Below are positions 8,630-18,600 of a stretch of 64,000 bases of DNA, one piece after another (positions within the stretch are counted from its first letter, which is position 1; each line of letters starts with the position of its first letter). The DNA comes from an uncultured Bacteroidales bacterium. Its GTDB lineage: Bacteria; Bacteroidota; Bacteroidia; Bacteroidales; FEN-979. The notes under the pieces were generated by a model. It did not search any database and was not told where the DNA came from. It was given only the letters and a program-made list of their open reading frames with translations. Both the position numbers and the translations under genes were made by a program. The stretch is from positions 11,524-75,523 of the forward strand of contig CAILVF010000041.1 of NCBI GenBank assembly GCA_903837605.1, given 5' to 3'.

Positions 8630-10087
8630 TTATGGTTTTTGTGCCGGAGTCTTCGTTTCCGTGGTTTCCGCCCAGCCTGGCTTTTTGAAGAACCTGAAAA
8701 GCCAGAAAGGCAGCATCCAGATAAATGTCCCTATGATCATCATCAGAAAATACCCCCAGAACGAAATGTTTGTGACCCCGCTGGGACGGCTCAGGGCCAT
8801 GATTCCCGAGAAGACTGTTGAAAGGAAACCCAGCCCTGCAATGATCCACACCCCGGGTTTCCCTCCAAAGATCTTAAAAGGCCTGAGAGTATCCGGCTGC
8901 TTGTAACGCAGCTTGATGACAGCGGCAAAAATGGGCAGGTAATAAATACATAAAAGTGTAGTGGTATAGGAAGAAAACACCCAGTATACTTCATTGATCC
9001 CGGGAATTATTGCCATTGCAATTGCCAGGAATGTAATGAGGATTCCCTGGACCATCAAGGTACCGGTAGGAGAACCGTACTTATTTTCTTTACGGAAAAA
9101 TTTAGGCAGGGTCCCTGCTTTCGAGATCGGCACCATGCTTAACAGAGGCCCGAGCATCCAGGTGCTCATCAGTGATATTCCGCCAATGGCCAGTAGAATG
9201 GCCATAACAGGGACGGCCCATTTCATTCCGAAAGCCGCGAACATTGTCTCTGTAACCTGGATCACGCCCCCGTTAAGGGAGATATCCTTCAGCGGAATGA
9301 CAATCGCGATGGGCAGCGTTCCCATGACACTAAGAACAAAGATCAGGATAGTGGCAAAGAACATCGCCCGGGGATATGACTTCTGGGGATTTGAAACCTG
9401 GCTTGCATAGTAGCCCGACATCTCGATGCCGGCAAATGTCAGGATGATGGAGGATGAATAGACAAGTGCGCCAATATCCAGTTTCGGGACAAGTCCCGAC
9501 CAGGTAAAAGGCGGCAGCTGGCTGGGCTTCCCGGTAATGATCCATGCCAGGCCCAGGAGGATCAGCACGAGAGAAGGTATAATTGCACCCAGCAGGGTCC
9601 CGGTGGAGCTCAATTTTGCCGCGATTGCCGGACCAAGGAAATTGAACAGGGTCAGGCCCCACCATACGACCAGCATCACGATGGCCAGAAAAACCTGGTT
9701 AGGTAATCCAAGGATGTGGGCGTGAGGGTCGGGGCTGAAAATATAGGCAACCGAAACTGCAATAAAAGACAGGACAGTGGGATACCAGGGGATATTCTCA
9801 ACTACAACTGCCCAAATTGCCATGAAACCTGTTTTCGTATTGAAGGCTTCCTCTATCCATGAATAAATACCACCTTCACTGGGCCAGGCTGAAGCCAGTT
9901 CAGCCGATACCAGGGCAAGAGGAAGAAGAAAGAGAAAAGAGCCTACAAAATACCACGTGATCAATTGCCAGCCTTCATCGGCCATGCTAGGGTAATTCCT
10001 GACCGATAAAACGGCCGCGACGCTGATCATGGAAAGCATCAGCACGCCCATGGTCTTCTTTTTCGGTGTTTGTTGGAGATCGCTCAT
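8630..10087 (-). CDS. APC-superfamily amino-acid antiporter, GadC-like
   Basis: About 12-TM ORF. The N-terminal block VRNYPSMADEGWQLITWYFVGSFLFLLPLALVSAELASAWPSEGGIYSWIEEAF resembles GadC more than AdiC or CadB. The start is set at MSDLQQTPKKK (10087), 11 nt after the decarboxylase stop. Confidence 0.85.
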   Translation of the reverse strand: MSDLQQTPKKKTMGVLMLSMISVAAVLSVRNYPSMADEGWQLITWYFVGSFLFLLPLALVSAELASAWPSEGGIYSWIEEAFNTKTGFMAIWAVVVENIPWYPTVLSFIAVSVAYIFSPDPHAHILGLPNQVFLAIVMLVVWWGLTLFNFLGPAIAAKLSSTGTLLGAIIPSLVLILLGLAWIITGKPSQLPPFTWSGLVPKLDIGALVYSSSIILTFAGIEMSGYYASQVSNPQKSYPRAMFFATILIFVLSVMGTLPIAIVIPLKDISLNGGVIQVTETMFAAFGMKWAVPVMAILLAIGGISLMSTWMLGPLLSMVPISKAGTLPKFFRKENKYGSPTGTLMVQGILITFLAIAMAIIPGINEVYWVFSSYTTTLLCIYYLPIFAAVIKLRYKQPDTLRPFKIFGGKPGVWIIAGLGFLSTVFSGIMALSRPSGVTNISFWGYFLMMIIGTFIWMLPFWLFRFFKKPGWAETTETKTPAQKP

Positions 10088-10098
10088 ATAACAGAAAT

Positions 10099-12381
10099 TT
10101 AATCTTTTATGCAATACATTCGATACGTACCATTTTCATTTTCAATCCCGTGAATATCATGTTCGAATCCGGGAAACTTATTATCAAAATCCTGGAGGGT
10201 TTTTAAATAGGCTAAAACAGGCTCATTTATCAAACCGGCCCGTTCACCACCCATAAGCAACGGAATTCCCGGCGGATATGGAACAATTCCTCCGGCCATT
10301 ATCCTTCCCTGGGATTGTTCAAGGGTAACCCTTTCCACATTGTTTTTAACAAGGCGGCTGTATGCCCCGGCCGGTGTCATCACCGGTTCGGGCAAGGACG
10401 AAAATGCTTCATCCAGCAATTGCAGCTGCCTTGAATCACGCTTGAATTCATGCATCTCACTCGCAAGCTGCGGCAGTGATTTCCCTTTGTAAACCCCGGG
10501 GTATTTTTCAACCAGGTCGGGAAAAACATCGTCCAGCATGGCATTTTCATCGTACAGGGACTTGAAACTGAAAAACCTTGTGGTAAGTGTTCCCCATTTT
10601 CCCTTGGTTATACCCATTGAAAAGAGGAAAAGTACGCTGTAATCGCCCGACTTCTCATTGATTATCCCTTCGCAATCGAGGTATTTGACCAGAAGTGCAG
10701 CCGGTATGCCCCATGGAGACAGGGATCCGTCACGCTCCACACCTGGTGTCAGTACGGTTACTTTGATAGGATCCAGCATGGCGTACCCGTCATCGATATT
10801 TCCGAAGCCATGCCAGTTTTCGCCGGGATGAAGAACCCAGCAGGAGGGTTCCCTGGTCAGTAATTCAATCGGGGCATCTGCATAATTGATACGCTTGCCG
10901 GTTGCCGGATTAGTGACCTCATCGGGTTGCCACATCTCAAACCACCAGTCTTTCGTATTATCGCTCATGATCTTCCTGCGTATCCTCGCCATGGTTGTAC
11001 GGAAGGTAACAGCTTCCATGATGCTTTCATCGGTAAGGGACTTCCCCATCGGGCCGTCCATCATCTTTGCCGAAACATCACAGGAGGCAATTATGGCATA
11101 GGAAGGTGAAGTAGATGTGTGCATCATGAAGGATTCATTGAACCTGTTGTGCTCTATAGGCTCACGCCCTTCTTTTACGTGCACCATTGAAGCCTGCGAA
11201 ATGGCAGCGAGCAGCTTATGGGTTGACTGTGAGGCAAACACTGTGGGAGCATCGGGATCCCTCACCCCGTCCCTCATTGCGTGGCGATCCCTGTACATGG
11301 GGTTGAACCTGGCATACGCGTACCAGGCTTCATCAAAATGAAGCCTGGGAACGATTTTCCCCAGCAGATGTTCCACTTCAACGGCATTATAACAAACCCC
11401 GTCGTAGGTGGAATTTGTTACGACTGCATATACCGGGGCGGCTGACTTGTCGGGGACCAGGGGGCATTCACTGATCTTTTTCCTGATGGTCAAGGCATTC
11501 ATCTGGTCTTTACGGATAGGTCCTATGATACCCAGGTGATTCCTTACCGGGATCATCCATACCGGCCTCGCACCTGTGAGGATGGTCGAATGCTCAAGCG
11601 ATTTATGGCAGTTACGGTCAATAAGCACCACATCTCCTTCCACGGCACAGGCCATGAAGATGATCTTGTTCGCTGTGGAAGTCCCATTGGTGACATAATA
11701 CGTGCGGTCGGCGCCAAACACTTTTGCGGCAAACCGTTCCCCGGCTCCTATGGCCCCTGAATGATCGAGAAGAGAGCCAAGTTCCCCCACGGAGATGGAG
11801 AGATCGGAACGAAACAACTGTTCCCCGAAGAAATTATAAAATATCCTCCCGGCAGGAGATTTCAGGAAAGCTGTACCACCTGTATGGCCGGGAGTATGCC
11901 AGGAATACTCAAAATCGTCGGCAAAATTGACCAGGGCTTCGAAAAACGGAGGCAACAGGCGGTTGCGGTACCTGCGGGCAGCCGCTTCGACACGCCCGGC
12001 AATAAAATCACGGGTATCTTCCAGTATCCAGAAATTTTCGGAAATGATCCTTTCTATTTCCAAAGGGATCGTCATCAGCACATCAGGCCTTATCGATAAA
12101 AAAATCGGGATCTCATGGTTCCTGCTCCGTATGTTCAGGATCAGTTTCTGCGCCAGGTTGCGGTTCTCTACGATCAATGGGTCCCAGTCAACGATCACCG
12201 CATCGAGTTCTGGCAACCTGATAATTCCTGACAAGGCCGATTCAAATGATTTCCATTCCGTTACATTGACTTCGATATCGTTCATCTTCCTGATCAGCTC
12301 ATGCATGGCATGGCCTCCGGGAGTGTCTTTCGACAATTCGTCATCCACGATGGCGATGCTCAGCCTTTCGTACAGATACAT
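10099..12381 (-). CDS. Biodegradative (large, wing-domain) Orn/Lys/Arg decarboxylase, PLP-dependent
   Basis: 760-aa ORF. CheY-like wing domain at the N-terminus (LSIAIVDDEL...DAVIVDWD). Motifs TPGHTGG, YYVTNGTSTANKI, and the PLP-lysine motif SQSTHKLL. Size is closest to the AdiA/CadA/SpeF class. Confidence 0.9.
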   Translation of the reverse strand: MYLYERLSIAIVDDELSKDTPGGHAMHELIRKMNDIEVNVTEWKSFESALSGIIRLPELDAVIVDWDPLIVENRNLAQKLILNIRSRNHEIPIFLSIRPDVLMTIPLEIERIISENFWILEDTRDFIAGRVEAAARRYRNRLLPPFFEALVNFADDFEYSWHTPGHTGGTAFLKSPAGRIFYNFFGEQLFRSDLSISVGELGSLLDHSGAIGAGERFAAKVFGADRTYYVTNGTSTANKIIFMACAVEGDVVLIDRNCHKSLEHSTILTGARPVWMIPVRNHLGIIGPIRKDQMNALTIRKKISECPLVPDKSAAPVYAVVTNSTYDGVCYNAVEVEHLLGKIVPRLHFDEAWYAYARFNPMYRDRHAMRDGVRDPDAPTVFASQSTHKLLAAISQASMVHVKEGREPIEHNRFNESFMMHTSTSPSYAIIASCDVSAKMMDGPMGKSLTDESIMEAVTFRTTMARIRRKIMSDNTKDWWFEMWQPDEVTNPATGKRINYADAPIELLTREPSCWVLHPGENWHGFGNIDDGYAMLDPIKVTVLTPGVERDGSLSPWGIPAALLVKYLDCEGIINEKSGDYSVLFLFSMGITKGKWGTLTTRFFSFKSLYDENAMLDDVFPDLVEKYPGVYKGKSLPQLASEMHEFKRDSRQLQLLDEAFSSLPEPVMTPAGAYSRLVKNNVERVTLEQSQGRIMAGGIVPYPPGIPLLMGGERAGLINEPVLAYLKTLQDFDNKFPGFEHDIHGIENENGTYRMYCIKD

Positions 12382-12384
12382 GAA

Positions 12385-12392
12385 ACCTCCTT
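12385..12392 (-). promoter_or_regulatory. Canonical Shine-Dalgarno AAGGAGGT in front of the decarboxylase start
   Basis: The mRNA-sense sequence reads ...ACAAAGGAGGTTTCATG, with 3 nt between the motif and the ATG. No comparable SD was seen upstream of the other start codons I checked in this window. Confidence 0.6.
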
Positions 12393-12628
12393 TGTTATTA
12401 TGTAAATAAAATAATACAGTGTAATATCTCCTCCGGTATGATGAGGGATCCGGTTATTGGGACTTGGTATGGGATTAATACCCATGAGGTGAAGATTCCA
12501 AGTAAAATTAATTAAACTTTTCACTATTTCATATTTATATTTTATTTCAGCTGATTGATACGATTATCTCAAAACTAACAAGCCCCTGTTTTTTTTTGCA
12601 AGGCTGTGAATAAGCTGAACTATGGTCA

Positions 12629-12636
12629 TATCTTTG
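12629..12636 (+). promoter_or_regulatory. -7 promoter box TATCTTTG
   Basis: Matches TAnnTTTG, 17 nt upstream of the ATG at 12654. This supports that ATG as the real start of the membrane-protein gene. Confidence 0.5.
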
Positions 12637-12653
12637 TAATGTATTCAGCAAGA

Positions 12654-13106
12654 ATGAAGTTCAGGATAAAAGAATGGATCCGGAGATACGCCTGGGCGGA
12701 AGTCATCAGCACCATCTTCACCTTTCTCTGCGGATGGGCCTCATCGTGCATAACGAAAAATGCCGTAGCTATTGCCTATGCCGGAACCCTCGGTGCTGCA
12801 GCAGGGTTTTATGGTTTTATCTTTACCAGGGATATTTACAACAGTTATTTAAAGCATGAACCGGAGTCAATCCGGGCAAAAATCCTGCTTGTTGCCAGGT
12901 GCCTGAGAAATATGGGATTTGAATTCGGCCTTGCCGAACTGCTTGATTTCCTCGTGATCCGTCCCTTCTGCCTGCTATACGGTCCTGTCATTCTGAAAAA
13001 TTACTTCTGGGGGATCCTTGCCGGTAAAACAGTTGCCGATATCATCTTTTTTACCATTTCGATACTTATGTTCGAGATACGGAAAAAACATTTTCATTGG
13101 TTCTGA
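12654..13106 (+). CDS. Hypothetical 4-TM membrane protein
   Basis: 150-aa product MKFRIKEWIRRYAWAEVISTIFTFLCGW... with four hydrophobic segments. No family recognised. Located 34 nt upstream of the porin gene. Confidence 0.5.
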   Translation: MKFRIKEWIRRYAWAEVISTIFTFLCGWASSCITKNAVAIAYAGTLGAAAGFYGFIFTRDIYNSYLKHEPESIRAKILLVARCLRNMGFEFGLAELLDFLVIRPFCLLYGPVILKNYFWGILAGKTVADIIFFTISILMFEIRKKHFHWF

Positions 13107-13140
13107 TAATTACCAGAATAAGCTAAAAATCATAAACAAT

Positions 13141-14298
13141 ATGGAAAAGATCTTCAAATGGTTCAGGTCCATTTTCATGGTAATGGCCTTACTGATGGCA
13201 TTTCAGGTTTGCCTTAACGCCCAGAACAAAGTCGACAGTCTGACCGATGAGTTGAAAACCGAAATATTTAAAAGGATGAAGCATTTTACATTCGGGTTTT
13301 ATGTGGATGCCTATTATAACGGAACTATCAACAGCAAGAGTGACACTTCAAATTTGGTGCCTTTCGCAAGCAACTGCCCTGTGCAGAACCAGATCCGAAT
13401 GAATGTTGCAGCCATAGAGATAGGCTATACGGCTGATAAAGTAAGAGGAATGCTTGCACTACAGTTTGGAGATGCTCCCGACTTGCTGGCTTTACCGGAG
13501 TCCCAGTTTATTAAAAACCTGAGGCAGGCCAATTTCGGATTTCACGTGAGTAAAAAACTGTGGCTTGATTTTGGCTATTTCATTAATCCTGTCGGGTTGG
13601 AATCAACCTGGCCTGTCCTGAACGACCTTAGTACGGTAAGTATTGGCGGGTATTATGAACCGGGGAGTGTGCTCGGTGTAAAACTTACCTGGAATGCATC
13701 TGATAAATTCTCAGGAGGAATTATGTTTGGAAATCCTTATTCCCTGGCTTACGAAAAAAACACCCATATTGCTGCTCTTATATTTATCAATTACCAGCCC
13801 ACCCCCAGGCTTACATTCAACTATAACAATGTCTTTGGCAACCAGGCTGTGAAGAACGCACAGGTAAAGAATGATATTCTTTACAACAACTTCATTGTTC
13901 AGTACGATCCGGTTGATCAGCTTTTCTTTACGGGCCAGCTTGATTTTGCTGCACAAACCAACAGCCGGATGTCTCCCGATACCAATAAAATCGCTACCAT
14001 GTTTTCGGGCCTGATCGAGGTGAAGTATCTCTTTCTGTCAAAATTTGCAATCACCGGACGGTATGAATTTTTCAATGATTATGATGGTTTTCTCTCAGGT
14101 GTGTATTCCTACAATAACAAGCAGCGTGGGCTTTTTACTCAGGGATTTTCGGCCGGCCTGGAGTTCAAACCCATTAAAATAGGCTATATCAGGATGGAAT
14201 ACAGGCATTTATATGCTGACCATGGCAATGATGTTTTCATGAGTGGTAAGAGTGACCAGTTACAGTCTGTTGTTTTTACAACGGGAATAAGATTCTGA
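13141..14298 (+). CDS. Outer-membrane beta-barrel porin (OmpL/bbp2-like)
   Basis: The start was moved to MEKIFKWFRSIFMVMALLMAFQVCLNAQ (signal peptide). Alternating beta-strand pattern, FGFYVDAYYNG near the N-terminus, and a terminal aromatic residue (...FTTGIRF). Confidence 0.65.
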   Translation: MEKIFKWFRSIFMVMALLMAFQVCLNAQNKVDSLTDELKTEIFKRMKHFTFGFYVDAYYNGTINSKSDTSNLVPFASNCPVQNQIRMNVAAIEIGYTADKVRGMLALQFGDAPDLLALPESQFIKNLRQANFGFHVSKKLWLDFGYFINPVGLESTWPVLNDLSTVSIGGYYEPGSVLGVKLTWNASDKFSGGIMFGNPYSLAYEKNTHIAALIFINYQPTPRLTFNYNNVFGNQAVKNAQVKNDILYNNFIVQYDPVDQLFFTGQLDFAAQTNSRMSPDTNKIATMFSGLIEVKYLFLSKFAITGRYEFFNDYDGFLSGVYSYNNKQRGLFTQGFSAGLEFKPIKIGYIRMEYRHLYADHGNDVFMSGKSDQLQSVVFTTGIRF

Positions 14299-14460
14299 CA
14301 TTGCTCCTGGTTGGCTCATGCCTTTCCGGTCCGGCTATCCTGATCCCCGGCATCCTGCATCGGGAGTAAAATAACCCGGTGTTTAATACCCATGGTCAGG
14401 CTGCCTGATGACTAATGCCTGATTCATCGAACTCGGTCATCCGCAGTCAGAAATAATTAT

Positions 14461-14468
14461 TATCTTTG
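14461..14468 (+). promoter_or_regulatory. -7 promoter box TATCTTTG
   Basis: Matches TAnnTTTG upstream of the 14503/14557 ORF. Confidence 0.4.
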
Positions 14469-14556
14469 ATGACAGCTGTTAACATTACGAATAATTAAAG
14501 GAATGGAAACAGGTATGTTAACCAAATATCCCGGGCATAAAATTAAAACACGAAGT

Positions 14557-15252
14557 ATGAAAAAAATGTTTTTTTTACTTATTATGGCTTTGCTTGCAGG
14601 TATTGAAAGAGGATCTGCACAGGCAGACATGAAGGAAACCATATCGGTAATCAAAAAAGACCTTGTACAAAGCAAGGCACAAATGAGGCAGTATTCCTGG
14701 ATTGAGACCACTAAAACCTGGATAAAGGGTGAACTGAAATCAACAAAACAAAATCAATGTTATTATAGTGTGGATGGAAAGCTCATTAAAGTTGCAACAG
14801 GTGGTACTGATCAGCAAAAAGCTCCAGGTGGATTGAAAGGAAAGATTATTGCAAACAAAAAAGAAGATATGGCTGAATATGTTGCCAAAGCCATGGATAA
14901 GATCAGTGATTACCTGCCTCCCGACGGTGACAAGGTTCAGAAGATCTATGAATCAGGCAAAGTTGGCATCCAGATTCTGGATCCGGGAAAAAAGTTCAAA
15001 CTCGGTTTCCCTGGTTATCTTCAGCAAGGGGATCAGTTGTTTATTTCTATGGACATGGGTAATCAAAAACTAATGGCTTTATCAGTCAATACATACATTG
15101 ATAACCCTTCGGAAAAGGTGATTTTTGATGTGACTTACGACACTCTCCCTGATGGCACACAGTATGCTGCTTCAACAGTATTGGTGGCTGATGCAAAAAA
15201 TCTGAAGCTTGTTGTTGAGGAATCAGGTTTCAGGAAAGGATCCGGACAATAA
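14557..15252 (+). CDS. Secreted hypothetical protein
   Basis: The start is set at MKKMFFLLIMALLAGIERGSAQA (signal peptide); the ORF is open from 14503. No family recognised. Confidence 0.6.
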   Translation: MKKMFFLLIMALLAGIERGSAQADMKETISVIKKDLVQSKAQMRQYSWIETTKTWIKGELKSTKQNQCYYSVDGKLIKVATGGTDQQKAPGGLKGKIIANKKEDMAEYVAKAMDKISDYLPPDGDKVQKIYESGKVGIQILDPGKKFKLGFPGYLQQGDQLFISMDMGNQKLMALSVNTYIDNPSEKVIFDVTYDTLPDGTQYAASTVLVADAKNLKLVVEESGFRKGSGQ

Positions 15253-15265
15253 TCCGGGTATCCCC

Positions 15266-15673
15266 TTAATTTATTTCATTAATCAGGGAAGCAATTGTTT
15301 CAAAGGCATTCTCGTCTTTACGAACATAATGTTCAGCCCCTTTCTGAATCGTCTTCGCAGCAATGCCGTAATGTTCCTGGCTTGACAAAATAATCACATG
15401 AATTGCCGGGTCGTATTTTTTAATTGCCCCAAGAATTTCGATTCCGTTTGCGGCATCTTTGGATACAGAATTGAGATAATAATCCAGTACTACGACATCC
15501 GGACTTTCATAAAGGTGTTTTAAACATTCTTCACCCGTTAAAAAAGTGGAAACATGATGGGGGACTTCCCTGGTAAGCCAATCTTTCATTGCTTCGGTAA
15601 GCATCGCATCATCATCCACGATGAATATTTTCTTTAGTTTCCCGGTTTCCATGGTTCCTTGTTTAAGATACAA
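15266..15673 (-). CDS. Stand-alone response-regulator receiver protein (REC only)
   Basis: 135-aa ORF. Motifs KIFIVDDD, VVVLDYYL (phospho-acceptor Asp context), ILSSQ, and a conserved Lys region. No output domain. Located 15 nt downstream of the hybrid kinase. Confidence 0.85.
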   Translation of the reverse strand: MYLKQGTMETGKLKKIFIVDDDAMLTEAMKDWLTREVPHHVSTFLTGEECLKHLYESPDVVVLDYYLNSVSKDAANGIEILGAIKKYDPAIHVIILSSQEHYGIAAKTIQKGAEHYVRKDENAFETIASLINEIN

Positions 15674-15688
15674 TTATAGTTTTTTTTA

Positions 15689-18600
15689 TTATCCGATCGT
15701 TTTCAGTTCAATGATTGCAGTTTCGATTTGCCGGATCAGGTGCAAAACATTTTCTTTGACCTGATCAGGATTAATTTCTTCACGGCATTGTTTCTCAATA
15801 ATGTCGGAAAGATTTTTCGCATCGTGCATTCCCATCATCATGAATTTTGTTTTATGACCATGCACCTGGATGGCGATCTCCTGAAAATCATCCTGATTCA
15901 ATACCCCGTTGATTTTTTCAATGAACGGCCGTGCAGAATCAAGGAATATGTGAATGTACTTTTGCATTTTTTCCTTATCGCCCAGGCAAAAATGTTCAAG
16001 ATATGCCATGTCGGTAACCCTGGATGGTTGTTTCCCTTTTGAAATTGGCAAAGCTTCTTTGTTAACTTTCAGTTCAATATTTAAAACCTGTGCGATCCCA
16101 GTGATCAGCTGTTGTGCATTGAATGGTTTAGGAATATACGAATTCATTCCGGCTTCCCTGCATTTTTCAAGGTCGGTACGAAGCACGCTGGCTGTTAATC
16201 CAATGATTGGGATATCCTTCGCCGCACTTTCAACATTTGCACGGATAGCTCTCGTGGCATCAAATCCATTCATAACAGGCATTTGAACATCCATCAATAT
16301 TACGTCAAATTTCATTTTACCGACTAAATCAGTGACCTCCTGCCCGTTCAATGCTTCCCAGATTTCAAGGTTTGCTTTCGAGATCAGCGTGTCCCTGGCG
16401 ACAATCCGGTTGTATTCGTTATCATCCGCAATTAAAATTTTCAATCCGTCCAAAATACTTCCATCCACACTTTGCTCCGATCCCTTAAGCTGTTCCAGGC
16501 GGTCAGCAGAACCATATTCTAATTTTACAGAAAATGAAAATGTTGTTCCTGATCCTTCCCGGCTCTCTATTTCAATTTTGCCTCCCATCATTCCAACCAG
16601 TTGCCTCGAGATGCTCAATCCTAATCCGGTACCCCCATGTTTACGGGTGTCGGACACATTGACTTGTGAAAAATTTTCAAAGACCGTTTGCAGTTTATCT
16701 TGTGGTATCCCGATTCCCGTATCAATAACAGCAAATCGTACTTCCTGGTTTTCGCCCCTCACCTCAATTGTAACACTTCCTTTTTCAGTGAATTTTATGG
16801 CATTGCCTGCAAGATTCATCAGCACCTGGTTCAAACGTGCCGGATCACCTATCACAATATCGGGCACATCAGGCATTATTATGGACATAAATGCTAAGCC
16901 TTTTTCTTCTGCCCGGTGCTGAAGCGTTTGCTTTACCTGGTCCACCAGATCGGTTAAAGAAAAGTCAATATGTTCCAGTTCCATTTTACCGGCTTCGATC
17001 TTTGAAAGATCAAGTATGTCATTGATGATGTGCAGCAGGTTTTCACCGGATTTTTTAATTCTTTCCAGATAAAATCTTTGCTTTTCTTCGAGTGAGGTTT
17101 CCAAAACAAGATCTGTCATCCCCATCACAGCATTCATGGGGGTGCGAATTTCATGGCTCATATTGGCAAGAAATTGCTGTTTGAACTGCTCAGACTTTTC
17201 TGCTTTGGCTCTCTGGCTTTCTGCTTCTTCTTTTTCTTTCCTTATTTCAACGGTGGCAATTTCCACCTCTTTCTCCAATTCTTTCTGACGTTGTCTGAAA
17301 CTTGCAATACGCCGGAAATAAAACGCTAAAACCAGCATCAATACAATCATGCCGGAACCCATGCGGGCCCACCAGGTTTTCCACCATGGAGGGCGGATAG
17401 TAAAGGTATACCGGAATTCTTTGCTCCAGCAGCCTTCGCTGTTCATGGCTTTTACTGTAAACGTATAGGTCCCTTGGGGGATATTGCCATAAGGGACTTC
17501 GGTACGGCCGGTCATACCGCTCCAGTTTTCATCCAGGCCTTCCAGTTTATATTTATATTTTACTTTTTGGCTTTGCTTTTGCGTAATCCCGATAAAATGG
17601 AAAGTCAGGTAATTATTATTATAGGCCAGGCTTAAATTCTGAGGTAAAAAATACCAGTTCGAAATGCTGTCAAATCTGACTTTATTTATCCTCACCCCGT
17701 TTCCCAATACCAGGCTGGTGTCTTTTTTCTTATAAAACTTCAGCCATGAAATGTTTTCGTTGAATAATTGGATGCCGGTCATCTGAATGTTCGGAGCTGA
17801 AGTATCAGCTTCATCACCTTCGGGGTGATAGGCGGTAAGCCTGTCATTTGTGCCGATCCAGATGATGCCCTTGTCATCCTCACCAATAGAAGTCCCGTTG
17901 CATCCGATTCCTAAAAAGCCATCTTCGTAAGTATAGTTTTTAAATAATGCCGGTTGATCGTCACTGCCGTTTGCTTTTGCTTTTGCCAGTTTCTCCATGT
18001 AGTCGGCCGATAATTTGCTCAGTCCTGAAAATGTACCAAACCACAGGTTTCCTCTTTTGTCCTGCAAAGCGCTCATCACGTTATTATCCAGGAGTCCTTC
18101 TTTTTCGGTAAAATACATGAAGGATTTCCCGTCGTAACGGCATACACCACCTCCCCTCGTAGCGAACCAGAAATACCCGTTACGGTCCTGGAGCATACCG
18201 GTTACATAATTATTGATCAAGCCCTCTTTTTCGGTAAAATGGGTAAACGATTTACCATCAAAGCGGTTCACGCCCAGGGGCGTGCTAAACCAGAGGTTCC
18301 CGTTTTTATCCTGGAGGGAATAAATAAGACTAGGATTGCTCAGCCCTTGTTTCTCAGCATATGTTGTAAAATATTTTCCGTCAAAACAGCATTCACCTTC
18401 GCTATCCGTGCCAAACCAAATGTTCCCGCTTTTATCCAGTAACATATTTTGCACATAATTGAATGCCAGTCCCTCTTTCTCGGTAAAATGCAAGAAGGAC
18501 TTCCCGTCGTAACAATACGCTCCGTTTCCCCAGGTACCAAACCAGATGTTTCCGCTTTTATCCTGAATGATGGAAGGGAGCAATTGATCGCTCAATCCTT

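Noticed and set aside
8589-9410. ORFs 8589..8849 (-), 8610..8906 (+), 8639..8821 (+) and 8994..9410 (+), overlapping the antiporter gene
   Set aside because: They are alternative-frame or antisense ORFs within a well-supported 12-TM transporter CDS.
12400-12480. Possible regulatory structure in the ~220-nt decarboxylase leader (small stems such as ATGGG-N7-CCCAT, and an ACCTC element that could pair with the SD)
   Set aside because: Stems are only 4-5 bp and I cannot evaluate folding energy or conservation without tools. Not supported enough to report as a riboswitch or attenuator.
12589-12597. T9 homopolymer in the divergent intergenic region (also T9 at 276-284, and an A8 at about 19998-20005 inside the kinase signal-peptide codons) as possible phase-variation tracts
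   Set aside because: Runs of 8-9 nt are common in AT-rich intergenic DNA. I cannot show length polymorphism or a link to promoter spacing from a single sequence.
13018-13140. The ORF-track start at 13018 for the porin gene, overlapping the upstream membrane-protein gene by ~90 nt
   Set aside because: The signal peptide begins at the internal MEKIFKWF (13141). The upstream extension has no signal-like features and overlaps the preceding CDS.
15238-15263. Possible bidirectional terminator hairpin GGATCCGGA-CAATAA-TCCGG(GT)ATCC between convergent genes
   Set aside because: The stem needs a 2-nt bulge, overlaps a stop codon and has no U-tract. This is too weak to call.
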